This document shows positions 9,522-18,396 of a DNA stretch of 64,000 nt, one piece after another. The stretch comes from Bacteriovoracia bacterium (GTDB taxonomy: Bacteria; Bdellovibrionota; UBA1018; CAIPTA01). The DNA lies in the NCBI GenBank assembly GCA_050246755.1, contig JBFWVL010000004.1:64001-128000 (forward strand), given 5' to 3'. The notes beneath the pieces were generated by a model. It had not been told where the DNA came from, made no database searches, and worked only from the letters and a program-made list of their open reading frames with translations. A program made the position numbers and the translations under genes. Numbering within the stretch: the stretch's first letter is position 1; each line of letters starts with the position of its first letter.

Positions 9522-10583
9522 ATGCAAGATAGAAGAATGAAGGCTCTCGTCTTCGTGGCACCGGGAAAAATTGAACTCGTAAGCAAATCAGTGCCCATGC
9601 CGGGGCCAACCGATGCTCTTATCAGGATCACTACTACCACCATCTGCGGCACCGACGTGCACATCCTCAAGGGTGAGTATCCCGTGAAACCGGGACTCAC
9701 GATCGGGCATGAGCCTGTGGGCGTGATCGAAGCCCTGGGTTCGGCGGTAGCCGGTTATAAAATTGGCCAGCGCGTGATCGCCGGCGCCATTACGCCATGC
9801 GGGCAGTGCGGGCCTTGTTTGGATGGAACGCATTCCCAGTGTGGCGGAAAACCCATGGGCGGCTGGCGGTTTGGCAATACGCTGGACGGCGCCCAGGCCG
9901 AATTTCTCCTCGTTCCGAATGCCGCTGCGAACCTGGCATTGGTGCCGGATCATCTCAGCGATGAGGAAGTGCTAATGTGCCCGGATATCATGAGCACCGG
10001 TTTCAGCGGAGCCGAGAGCGGAAAAGTAAAGATAGGTGATTCGGTGGCCGTTTTTGCGCAAGGCCCGATCGGGCTCTGCGCCACCGCGGGTGCGCGGCTT
10101 TCCGGCGCCGGCATGATTTTTACGGTGGATAGCGTGGAGCGCAGGCTAACGATGTCGCGCCAGGTTGGCGCGGACGTAACGATCAATTACCAAGAGAAAG
10201 ATCCCGTGAAGACCATTATGGATTTAACGCATGGGCGCGGGGTAGACGTCGCGATCGAGGCGCTCGGCACGGAGCAAACATTCCAGAGCGGCCTGCGCGT
10301 TCTTAAGCCCGGAGGAACACTTTCTTCGCTGGGCGTTTATTCTAAAGACCTCAAGCTTCCTCTGGATGCTTTCTGCGCAGGCCTCGGCGATCATAAAGTG
10401 GTTACTACTCTCTGCCCCGGCGGAAAAGAAAGGATGCGCCGGCTAATGGAGGTGATCAGTTCTAAGCGAGTAGACCTAAAATCCATGGTCACTCATCGAT
10501 TCAAGCTTAGTCAGATCGTTGAGGCCTACGATCTATTCGCTAGTCAGCGCGAAGGGGTGCTCAAAGTGGCGATAACGCCATAG
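9522..10583 (+). CDS. Zinc-dependent (MDR) alcohol dehydrogenase
   Basis: ICGTD, GHE, CGQCGPC..C structural Zn site, QGPIG, DVAIEALG. Confidence 0.92.
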   Translation: MQDRRMKALVFVAPGKIELVSKSVPMPGPTDALIRITTTTICGTDVHILKGEYPVKPGLTIGHEPVGVIEALGSAVAGYKIGQRVIAGAITPCGQCGPCLDGTHSQCGGKPMGGWRFGNTLDGAQAEFLLVPNAAANLALVPDHLSDEEVLMCPDIMSTGFSGAESGKVKIGDSVAVFAQGPIGLCATAGARLSGAGMIFTVDSVERRLTMSRQVGADVTINYQEKDPVKTIMDLTHGRGVDVAIEALGTEQTFQSGLRVLKPGGTLSSLGVYSKDLKLPLDAFCAGLGDHKVVTTLCPGGKERMRRLMEVISSKRVDLKSMVTHRFKLSQIVEAYDLFASQREGVLKVAITP

Positions 10584-10594
10584 TCATTGAGCGT

Positions 10595-11341
10595 CTAGGG
10601 CGTTGGCAAAAGGTGCGGAGTGATTTTTGCTTTTTTCCCGTGCCAAGATGCGTACACCGAAATCAGCCCGGGCAAAATAAATCCCCTGTAGCCGAGCTTT
10701 AGGAAGATCCAAGCCCCAATGGCTGAACCGATAATAAACGCGATGATCGAGCCAATTCGGAGGTAGTTGGCCCGCAACTCCGCACGGAGCCGGGGCTCTT
10801 TTGCATCAAAGGCAAAAATACGCGCCAGTCCAAGCCCTAGGTCGGTGGTTAGCCCGGTCAAATGAGTGGTCCTAACCGAGCGGCCCGAGGAGGAGGTGAT
10901 CGCCGCATTCTGAAGCCCGCTTGCGAGGCAAAGCAGGCCGAGTAAAACATAATTCTCCTTGAGGCCGAGCGCATATCCAAAGGTTCCCAGCTGCAGGATC
11001 TCTCCTCCGGCGGACGCGAAGAATAAACAAAAAGCTGATAGGCCCATGACCCAATCAAAATGAGGCTGGCGGCCTTGATAAATGGGCTTATCGATGAGCA
11101 GCCCGGCGAGGAACGCTCCTAAAAGGAAAAAGAGCGGCACGGAAAGAATTCCAAATGCCGCCTGAATTTGGTGGTTCGTGATATCCACGCCGAAGAGGGT
11201 AGCGAAACCGGTAACATGACTGACGAAGCGCCCGGTGGCCAAGAATCCGCCGGCATTGATGGCCCCGCCACTAAAGCTCAGGAGGAACCAATGCATGGCT
11301 ACCGTATTGTTCGCATTTTGGTCAAAGCGATGGTTGAACAT
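10595..11341 (-). CDS. DUF1275/YoaK family membrane protein
   Basis: GAINAGGF..FVSHVTG; GLQNA...VRTTHLTGLTTDLG. Confidence 0.88.
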   Translation of the reverse strand: MFNHRFDQNANNTVAMHWFLLSFSGGAINAGGFLATGRFVSHVTGFATLFGVDITNHQIQAAFGILSVPLFFLLGAFLAGLLIDKPIYQGRQPHFDWVMGLSAFCLFFASAGGEILQLGTFGYALGLKENYVLLGLLCLASGLQNAAITSSSGRSVRTTHLTGLTTDLGLGLARIFAFDAKEPRLRAELRANYLRIGSIIAFIIGSAIGAWIFLKLGYRGFILPGLISVYASWHGKKAKITPHLLPTP

Positions 11342-11405
11342 AGATTCTTTTTACCACCAGATAAGGGGCGCCGTAAAATTAAACGGAATCCAGGCCCTCG
11401 ACTCC

Positions 11406-11954
11406 TTATTTTCTCATTTTCTTAAGCTGAATTAAAAAGTTTTCCAGAAATTCATCTACCTGCTTCCAGTCGGTATACTCGTAGTCTTTGCTCGTGTCGG
11501 TATCGCCGCCGGCTTTTTTGCTAATTCTCTTCATTAAGAGTCTTACCGGCCACCAATAACTACGATACTTCAGTGCTCCGGCAAAGCTTGCGCTGAGGAT
11601 GGGCCGGCAAGCGGTTTCCAGCCCAAATCGCTCGCGAAGGAGGCGATCCGCCTCTCGCGCTTGCGGCCGCTTATCCGCGGCGTTCAGGGTGACCGTGAAG
11701 AATGCGGAAGGCATTTTGTTGATATGCTGTTTATGGTTTTTTGCCCAGTTCACCACGGAGGCCGGGAATTTTCCGCGATAGACGGGAGATCCGCAAATAA
11801 CGGCATCGAATTCTTCGTCGAATCGGCCTGGGCCTCCCGAAGCATCGATTAAGCGAAAACTAAGGCCGCGCCGCCCCAATCCCTCGGCGAGATATCTAGC
11901 TATTTTTTCCGTCTGGCCATGACGGGAGGCGTACGCGACCGCAACTTGCTGCAT
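11406..11954 (-). CDS. hemG: HemG-type flavodoxin (menaquinone-dependent protoporphyrinogen oxidase)
   Basis: YASRHGQTEKIA, FAGALKYRSY, GGDTDTSKDYEYTDWKQV. Confidence 0.8.
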   Translation of the reverse strand: MQQVAVAYASRHGQTEKIARYLAEGLGRRGLSFRLIDASGGPGRFDEEFDAVICGSPVYRGKFPASVVNWAKNHKQHINKMPSAFFTVTLNAADKRPQAREADRLLRERFGLETACRPILSASFAGALKYRSYWWPVRLLMKRISKKAGGDTDTSKDYEYTDWKQVDEFLENFLIQLKKMRK

Positions 11955-11962
11955 TCTATTCC

Positions 11963-12151
11963 TTAAAGCCTTTTTCGGGTTTTAAAGCCGAAGGCACGGT
12001 AAAGAGGACAGAATCCGGATAGCGCCGAGACGATCGCGATCAGCCCAACGTAGCCCCAAGGGGTCTGCGGGCCGAAGAAAACCAGGCTAAGTATCGCGAA
12101 GCCGAAAATAATTCGGAAAAAACGATCATAGCTTCCTACGTTTTTTGTCAT
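11963..12151 (-). CDS. DUF2892 (YgaP) small membrane protein
   Basis: KNVGSYDRFFRI...GFCPLYRAFGFKT. Confidence 0.85.
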   Translation of the reverse strand: MTKNVGSYDRFFRIIFGFAILSLVFFGPQTPWGYVGLIAIVSALSGFCPLYRAFGFKTRKRL

Positions 12152-13098
12152 TTAGCCGCCCGGATTTCCATTACCGGCGTTTCCGCAGAGGCGAGCACCG
12201 AACGGATCGTGCCGCCCAAGAGCGCAGGAGTTTTCGTGGTCCGATAGCTTGCGAGCGCGATAAGGTCGTAATGCTTGCTCTTGGCGAATTTCGTGATCGC
12301 TCGGGCCGTGCTTTCAAATGTCTTTACCATTCTATAGTCGCAGCTCACGCCCATCGTTTTGGCTTCGCGGCACCACTTTTCGGCAACTTTCCTATTCTCT
12401 TCTCTTTGAAGGGCTTCGGACTCCATTACCCACGTGGCCGCCGCACCAAAATCCATCCCGGCGTAGGGAATGGCTGGATTACGGGCCACGAAGAGCAAAT
12501 GAACGGAAGCGCCGAAGTCTTTTGCGGTACCTAGAACTTTGACAAAAGCTTTATGGGAGCGTTCCGTCAAGTCGGTGGGAAACAAAATTTCTTTGATGCC
12601 GCCAGATACCTCGGCGTTCGGGCCTACTGCCAATATGGGTAGTTCCGATTGCTCGATGATCGCTTCGGCAAAGCCGCCGAGTTTAAAAGGCGACTTCGAG
12701 GCCGTAGTTTTCGTATTTACCGCGATGAATCCCGCTTTCCGCTTTTTCGCAAATTTTAGGACGTCGTTCACCAGCTCCCGACGCGAGGAATTGTCCCGTA
12801 CTTCTACTTCCGGGGTGGCGGTTTGGGTCATTTTAAGCTGACCCAAATTCTTTTTTACCGACTTAATGCCATACGCCTTTAGGTCGCGGCCAAAATCGTA
12901 ACTTACCGGCACCGGCCAGCGGAGCCCGCCGGGAGAAATTACGGAGAAGGGAAGGATGGAGGGAGATTTTCCTTTCGTCCAGTTAGTTAAAAATTTTGCC
13001 AAGGGAGCGCGTTCCGCATTCTTCCCCTCGAAGGGATCAATGGCCCAGACTACCGGCTTTTTAGAAGTTTGCGTGCGAGTGTTCATTTTTTCTCCCAT
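12148..13098 (-). CDS. Universal stress protein (tandem UspA domains)
   Basis: ILFPTDL, LGGFAEAII, LLGGTIRSVLASAETPV. Confidence 0.85.
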   Translation of the reverse strand: MGEKMNTRTQTSKKPVVWAIDPFEGKNAERAPLAKFLTNWTKGKSPSILPFSVISPGGLRWPVPVSYDFGRDLKAYGIKSVKKNLGQLKMTQTATPEVEVRDNSSRRELVNDVLKFAKKRKAGFIAVNTKTTASKSPFKLGGFAEAIIEQSELPILAVGPNAEVSGGIKEILFPTDLTERSHKAFVKVLGTAKDFGASVHLLFVARNPAIPYAGMDFGAAATWVMESEALQREENRKVAEKWCREAKTMGVSCDYRMVKTFESTARAITKFAKSKHYDLIALASYRTTKTPALLGGTIRSVLASAETPVMEIRAAK

Positions 13099-13120
13099 TT
13101 CAATAATTTAACTCTTTAAG

Positions 13121-13136
13121 TGCAACCGGTATGCCA
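13121..13136 (-). promoter_or_regulatory. sigma-54 promoter of the usp-DUF2892-hemG unit
   Basis: Minus strand TGGCATACCGGTTGCA, near-perfect consensus. Confidence 0.75.
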
Positions 13137-13294
13137 GCCATAGCGCCGGTTATCGGTGCGTACGCAGAGAGAGAGAGAATCTTTGAGAATAAATGTCGGG
13201 CGTTTGAGTCGAATCGGCCCAAATGAAATGTATCGATATATCTTTAGCGCTCCTGGCGAAATTAAGCCGTGGCGAAGATCGCCACGAAATTTAG

Positions 13295-13993
13295 CTATGG
13301 CGTTTTTGGGAGATCGTCTGGAAACAAAGGATCACGTGATCCGTGGCAATAGGGGTATGTGGTTGTTTTTTTATGACCGTATTCCGAGGGTACCATCGTC
13401 GCGCTTAGCCTAATTCCTATAGGTAGAAAGGCCAGCAATAGAAAAGAAATGGGCAAGGCTTTGGGGAAACGTTTTCTTAGTTGTTCAAATGGCTTTCGTA
13501 GGACGCTTGTGCCGGCTTCAAGAACTGGAACTGTACCCAGCCAAAGACAAAAGAGAAGTAGGGAGCCATCCCATGGGCTACGCGTGGCTACCGCCGCCGC
13601 GATCCAGCCGTAGAGCAATCCGCAGGGAAGTATTCCGGTTCCCAGGCCGAGAAGAAAAGGGTTCCGTGCCAGCCGCGAAACTATTTTGCCTCGCAGGGTG
13701 TGCATGGCAAACGGTAAGGCAATTTTTAAAATGAAAGCAATGAACGTTAGGGCAATCAAACAGATTAGAAATAGAGGGGAGAGGAAAGTTCCGAAGAGGC
13801 CGGCGAAAAGGCCTAATGATAAGTAGGCAAAAAGGCGCCCGGCCTGATACTCGGCAGATGCGCGAAACGAGTGCCCCGCAATGAATCTGAGTGGGCCACA
13901 CATTCCTAAGCAGTGGAGGCTGCCGGTAGTGGACGCAATCAGAGCAACTCCAAAAACGCCGAGGCTAGCCAAACTAAATACCGGGGCCCACAA
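13295..13993 (-). CDS. DsbD_2/TauE-like cbb3 assembly membrane protein
   Basis: GSLHCLGMCGP, YQAGRL, GILPCGLLY; last gene of the cco operon. Confidence 0.85.
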   Translation of the reverse strand: MWAPVFSLASLGVFGVALIASTTGSLHCLGMCGPLRFIAGHSFRASAEYQAGRLFAYLSLGLFAGLFGTFLSPLFLICLIALTFIAFILKIALPFAMHTLRGKIVSRLARNPFLLGLGTGILPCGLLYGWIAAAVATRSPWDGSLLLFCLWLGTVPVLEAGTSVLRKPFEQLRKRFPKALPISFLLLAFLPIGIRLSATMVPSEYGHKKTTTYPYCHGSRDPLFPDDLPKTP

Positions 13994-15359
13994 TGGTGAC
14001 CTCCATTTTTCTGGCTCTATTACCGGTGAGAAGATGGATTTCTAATTTTTTAGAACCGAATTGGAGCTCGTTCGCCGGAACGCGCACAAAGAAATCTGCC
14101 CGGATCGTTCCGCCATCGGGAAGGATAATTGGGTTCAGGGGCGCGATTAGTTCGGCGCCACCCGCGTCTTTCCCCAGAAAAATGGTGATCTTTTCCGGAC
14201 CGCCGGTTTGGTTCGAGGCTTCTAAGCGAAAGTGATTGGTCGCCAGGATTCGTGAATCCACGGTTAGAATCTGATAGGGCTCCCCGCCGGCGCGGAAGAT
14301 ATTCAGATCGAGAAATTCTTTCTGGGTTATCGCCGCGGTAAGGCCGGCCAGCACGAGGAAAAGGAGCAGCGCAAAGGCCGCCACTCTTGGGCTGAAAATT
14401 TTTTTCGGCAATCCCGCCAACTCGGCCTGACTAGTATACCGGATTAGGCCGGCTGGCTTTTTTATTTTTTCCATCACCGCATCGCAGGCGTCGATGCAGG
14501 CCGTGCAGGCAATACATTCCATCTGGAGACCGCGGCGGATGTCGATGCCGGTAGGGCATACCTGCACGCAGCGGTTGCAGCTTACGCAATCGCCTTGGCC
14601 CAGCTCGCTAGTGCCGCGCCGGGGCTCTCCCCGTTTGGCATCATAGGCGACTACCATGGATTGCGGATCCAACATCACGCTCTGAAATCTTCCGTAGGGG
14701 CAGGCGATCACGCAAAATTGCTCGCGGAACCAGCCGAAATCGAAGAGCACGATCGCCGTGGTACCGAGGATCAGGAGAAAACTCGCCCAGTTTTGGAAGG
14801 GGGAAGCGGAAAGCATCTGGATAAGCTCCCGGCTCCCCACGAAATAGGCTAGGAAGCTGTGAGTAAATGCTAAGGACACAAATAAAAACGCTAGCCATTT
14901 GGCAGTTTTTTTTAGGACTTTCTCCGCCGTTAAGGGGGAATCATCCAGCTCCTTGCGGGCGCGGGGAGGGCCTTCAATCCATCGTTCGATTTTTCGGAAA
15001 AGCAGGTCGGTAAACACGGTTTGCGGGCAGGCCCATCCGCACCATAGCCGGCCCCATATTGCCGTGATCAGCCCAATAAGGAAAACAAAAGCGAGAATGA
15101 AAAAAAGCAGGAGCGGAGCGTCGTGTGCTCGGAAGTGAAGCCCAAAGAAATAAAACTCTCTCGCGGCCACGTTAAGAAAAATGAGTTGCCGCCCTCCCAC
15201 GTAAACCCACGGAAGAGCGAGGAATAGAAAAATTAAGCTAAGGTGAACCCAAGCCCGGCGACTACGGTATTTGCCATGATAGTCGGCGGGATAGAGATAA
15301 ACTCTCTTGCCGTTCTCATCCGTGGTACTTAAGCGGTCTTTGGGTAAAGTATCGTTCAC
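13974..15359 (-). CDS. ccoG: Cytochrome c oxidase accessory protein CcoG
   Basis: GRLWCGWACPQTV, CPYGRFQS, two 4Fe-4S motifs, DIRRGLQMECIAC. Confidence 0.95.
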   Translation of the reverse strand: MNDTLPKDRLSTTDENGKRVYLYPADYHGKYRSRRAWVHLSLIFLFLALPWVYVGGRQLIFLNVAAREFYFFGLHFRAHDAPLLLFFILAFVFLIGLITAIWGRLWCGWACPQTVFTDLLFRKIERWIEGPPRARKELDDSPLTAEKVLKKTAKWLAFLFVSLAFTHSFLAYFVGSRELIQMLSASPFQNWASFLLILGTTAIVLFDFGWFREQFCVIACPYGRFQSVMLDPQSMVVAYDAKRGEPRRGTSELGQGDCVSCNRCVQVCPTGIDIRRGLQMECIACTACIDACDAVMEKIKKPAGLIRYTSQAELAGLPKKIFSPRVAAFALLLFLVLAGLTAAITQKEFLDLNIFRAGGEPYQILTVDSRILATNHFRLEASNQTGGPEKITIFLGKDAGGAELIAPLNPIILPDGGTIRADFFVRVPANELQFGSKKLEIHLLTGNRARKMEVTIVGPGI

Positions 15360-15928
15360 GGTGAACTGAACTCCTGGCCCTGGGGCGCCTTAGGATTTGC
15401 GGGATTAGTTCCTTTCAGGCCTTTCACGTAGGCGACCACCGTGAGAATTTCTTCCCGTTTCAGCATGGTTTTCCAGGGAGGCATGCCTTTTTCCGGTACT
15501 CCTTCGGAAACAACTTTCAGAATGCCGGAAAGTGAGCCGTCTCCGTGAATCCAGTAGCTATCGGTAAGATTGGGGCCGATTTGGCCTTCCCCCAAGGCCC
15601 CGTGGCAGACGAGGCATTTATCTTTGAATACTATTCCTCCCCCGGCGCGTTTTCCGGCGTCGTTAAAGACGGCTAGCAGTTCAGCCTCCGATGGGGATGC
15701 TTCCTTTTGGCTGTTTTTTTGCTGAAATGCGATCTCGGACATTTCCGCCTTGAGGAGCTGTTCCGAGGTGAGGCCGGGGCCGAACTCATAGTAACCTACG
15801 TAAAAGATGGAAAATAGAATCGCCCCATAAAAAGTAGCGAGCCACCAGTTAGGAAGCAAGTTATCGAACTCCTGGATTCCGTCGTAGTTGTGATCGAGAA
15901 GCTTAGCGTCTTTTTGATTATCGCTCAT
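15356..15928 (-). CDS. ccoP: cbb3-type oxidase subunit III (single heme)
   Basis: LDHNYDGIQEFDNLLPNWW, CLVCH, GPNLTDSYWIHG, KGMPPW. Start ATG 15928 with GGAG SD. Confidence 0.9.
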   Translation of the reverse strand: MSDNQKDAKLLDHNYDGIQEFDNLLPNWWLATFYGAILFSIFYVGYYEFGPGLTSEQLLKAEMSEIAFQQKNSQKEASPSEAELLAVFNDAGKRAGGGIVFKDKCLVCHGALGEGQIGPNLTDSYWIHGDGSLSGILKVVSEGVPEKGMPPWKTMLKREEILTVVAYVKGLKGTNPANPKAPQGQEFSSP

Positions 15929-16103
15929 AGGTGTCTCCATTTTTTTCGAGGGGAATGCGGGCCAGCTGCTCGTAGAATGCGGCGCTGTTCCTGCGGAATA
16001 CCCAGAAGATGGCCGCAATGAACACCGCGAAGAAGATGAGCTCCCCGCAAACTACGAGATTCATGTAGGGATAATTGCGCAGAAACTCGCGAACTAGGTT
16101 CAT
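15918..16103 (-). CDS. ccoQ: cbb3-type oxidase subunit IV
   Basis: Single TM plus YEQLARIPL; lies between ccoO and ccoP. Confidence 0.8.
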   Translation of the reverse strand: MNLVREFLRNYPYMNLVVCGELIFFAVFIAAIFWVFRRNSAAFYEQLARIPLEKNGDTYER

Positions 16104-18244
16104 TTGTCCTCCATCAGCATGCGGTATTGAGTGCGGCCCGTTTGGCCCAGGGATTGTAGGTAAGCGATTATGGCTACGATTTCTTTTTTCTCCAGGCCCT
16201 TGGCGGCACCCTGAGATTCCAGCTCGTCGGCAATCACCTTCGCTTGATTACCGGCATCGATGGCGGCGTTCTCAATTTCATATTCCGAATAGGGCACGCC
16301 GATCTGCTGCATCACCCTAAGCTTGCGCGGGAGTGAATCGATATCGAGGCGGTCCCTGCCGAGCCATGGATACGAGGGCATGATGGATTTCGGAGTAACG
16401 GCGCGGGGATCGATCATGTGGCGGTAGTGCCAGAGGTTGGGATATTTTTTCCCCACCCTGGCGATGTCAGGTCCGGTTCGCTTGGAGCCCCACTGAAAAG
16501 GATGATCGTAGGCAGACTCTTCCATCTTGGAAGCCGCTCCGTATCGCAGCACATCGCTCGCCATCGTGCGGATTTGCTGGGAATGGCAGAGGTAGCAGCC
16601 TTCCCGGATATAGATATCGCGCCCGGCGAGCTCGAGCGGCGTATAGGGCCGGATCATCGAGGGTACGTTCACGTTCGCGGGAGTGAGAAGAGCCGGGATA
16701 ATCGAAAAGGCACTAGCCACGAGAACCGCCAGTACTACGAGCACGGTGAATACGGCGGGGAGGCCCTCGAGTCCCCGGTGGAGGGATTCTTCGATCATCT
16801 TTACATCGGGCACTCGGTTGCCGGAGGGCACCGCTTCGCCGGGGCTACGCTGGGGGGCCGCCGCGATGGTGCGCCATATATTATAGATTTGGATAGTAAA
16901 GCCGGCGAGGAAAAGGAGCCCACCGATGAGCCGTATATAGTAGAGGGGCGCAAGTCGGATCACGGTCTCCACGAAGTCGGGATAAAGAAGGTTTCCTGAT
17001 CCGCCTACGGCACGCCACATGAGGCCTTGAGTGATGCCGGCCGTCCACATCGATAGGATATAGAGCAGGATTCCCAGGGTACCCACCCAGAAATGGGCGT
17101 TGGCGAGCTTTACGGAATACAGTTTCGTGTTCCAGAGGCGGGGTACGAGGTAGTAGAGCATTCCGAACGTGAGAAAACCGTTCCATCCCAGGGCGCCAGC
17201 GTGAACGTGGGCGATGATCCAGTCGGTATAGTGCGCCAGTGAGTTCACGCTCTTGATGGAAAGGAGTGGGCCCTCGAACGTGGCCATTCCGTAAAAAGTG
17301 ATGGCGGCGAGGAAGAATTTCACCACGGGATCGGTGCGCACCTTATCCCAGGCGCCCCGGATGGTAAGCAGGCCATTGATCATGCCGCCCCAACTGGGTG
17401 CCCAGAGCATAAGCGAAAATACCATGCCGAGTGTTTGCGCCCAATCGGGCAAGGCCGTGTTGAGCAAATGGTGGGGACCCGCCCAAATATAAATAAAAAC
17501 AAGAGACCAGAAGTGAATGATGGAAAGGCGGTAAGAGTAGACGGGACGTTCCACTGATTTAGGCACGTAGTAGTACATCAGCCCGAGGAAGGGCGTGGTG
17601 AGAAAGAAGGCGACGGCATTATGGCCATACCACCACTGCACCAGCGCGTCCTGCACTCCCGCGTATACCGGATAGCTCTTCAGAAATGAGACCGGTACCT
17701 CGATTGAATTCACGATGTGAAGGACGGCGACGGTAATGATGGTGGCGATATAAAACCAGATCGCCACGTAGATGTGCTGCTCACGTCGGTTCTTCACGGT
17801 GAGGAAAAAATTTACGGCGAATACTACCCATACCAAAGTGATGGCAATATCGATGGGCCATTCCAGCTCGGCGTATTCTTTCCCGGCGGTGAACCCGAAA
17901 GGGAGCGTAAGGGCGGCCGAAACGATGATTAGCTGCCATCCCCAAAAATGAATGGCACTGAGCAGGTCCGAGGCGAGTCTCGCTTTCAGGAGGCGTTGAG
18001 TGGAATGGTAGATGCCGGCGAAGATGGCATTTCCCGCGAAGGCAAAGATGGCGGCGTTGGTATGAAGAGGGCGTAGCCGGCCAAAGCTTAGCCATGGTAA
18101 ATTGAAGTTAAAGCGCCAATCGGCGATCTGGGTTGCGATCAGCGCACCCACGAGAAATGCGATGAACCCCCAGGCAATGGTTGCAATCACAAATTTTTTG
18201 ACGATCTCGTCGTCGTACCTCATTACCTGCATTTCACTGTTCAT
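16100..18244 (-). CDS. ccoN: cbb3-type oxidase fused subunits I/II (CcoN-CcoO)
   Basis: GRLRPLHT, QWWYGHN, WAGPHH, HVH, then GRDIYIREGCYLCHSQ and GSKRTGPD in one ORF. Confidence 0.97.
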   Translation of the reverse strand: MNSEMQVMRYDDEIVKKFVIATIAWGFIAFLVGALIATQIADWRFNFNLPWLSFGRLRPLHTNAAIFAFAGNAIFAGIYHSTQRLLKARLASDLLSAIHFWGWQLIIVSAALTLPFGFTAGKEYAELEWPIDIAITLVWVVFAVNFFLTVKNRREQHIYVAIWFYIATIITVAVLHIVNSIEVPVSFLKSYPVYAGVQDALVQWWYGHNAVAFFLTTPFLGLMYYYVPKSVERPVYSYRLSIIHFWSLVFIYIWAGPHHLLNTALPDWAQTLGMVFSLMLWAPSWGGMINGLLTIRGAWDKVRTDPVVKFFLAAITFYGMATFEGPLLSIKSVNSLAHYTDWIIAHVHAGALGWNGFLTFGMLYYLVPRLWNTKLYSVKLANAHFWVGTLGILLYILSMWTAGITQGLMWRAVGGSGNLLYPDFVETVIRLAPLYYIRLIGGLLFLAGFTIQIYNIWRTIAAAPQRSPGEAVPSGNRVPDVKMIEESLHRGLEGLPAVFTVLVVLAVLVASAFSIIPALLTPANVNVPSMIRPYTPLELAGRDIYIREGCYLCHSQQIRTMASDVLRYGAASKMEESAYDHPFQWGSKRTGPDIARVGKKYPNLWHYRHMIDPRAVTPKSIMPSYPWLGRDRLDIDSLPRKLRVMQQIGVPYSEYEIENAAIDAGNQAKVIADELESQGAAKGLEKKEIVAIIAYLQSLGQTGRTQYRMLMEDK

Positions 18245-18396
18245 CGTTGTTCCTTTTCTGTTTCATCTAGTAGTGCCCGGAGGGCAGGAGTTTCGAGATC
18301 GTCAAATTGGCCGGAACGCGCCGCAAGCAAGAAGCCCGCGAGGGCTCCGAGGCCGAGGAGCAAAGCCAGCGGCATGAGCACGAATAGGATGGTCAC
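18241..18396 (-). CDS. ccoS: cbb3 assembly protein CcoS
   Basis: GTG 18396; TM followed by SGQFDDLETPALRALLD. Confidence 0.88.
   Translation of the reverse strand: MTILFVLMPLALLLGLGALAGFLLAARSGQFDDLETPALRALLDETEKEQR

Noticed and set aside
10446-10454. TGGAGGTGA matching the tRNA-Cys 3' end as an att site
   Set aside because: Only 9 bp and inside the ADH coding sequence; expected by chance.
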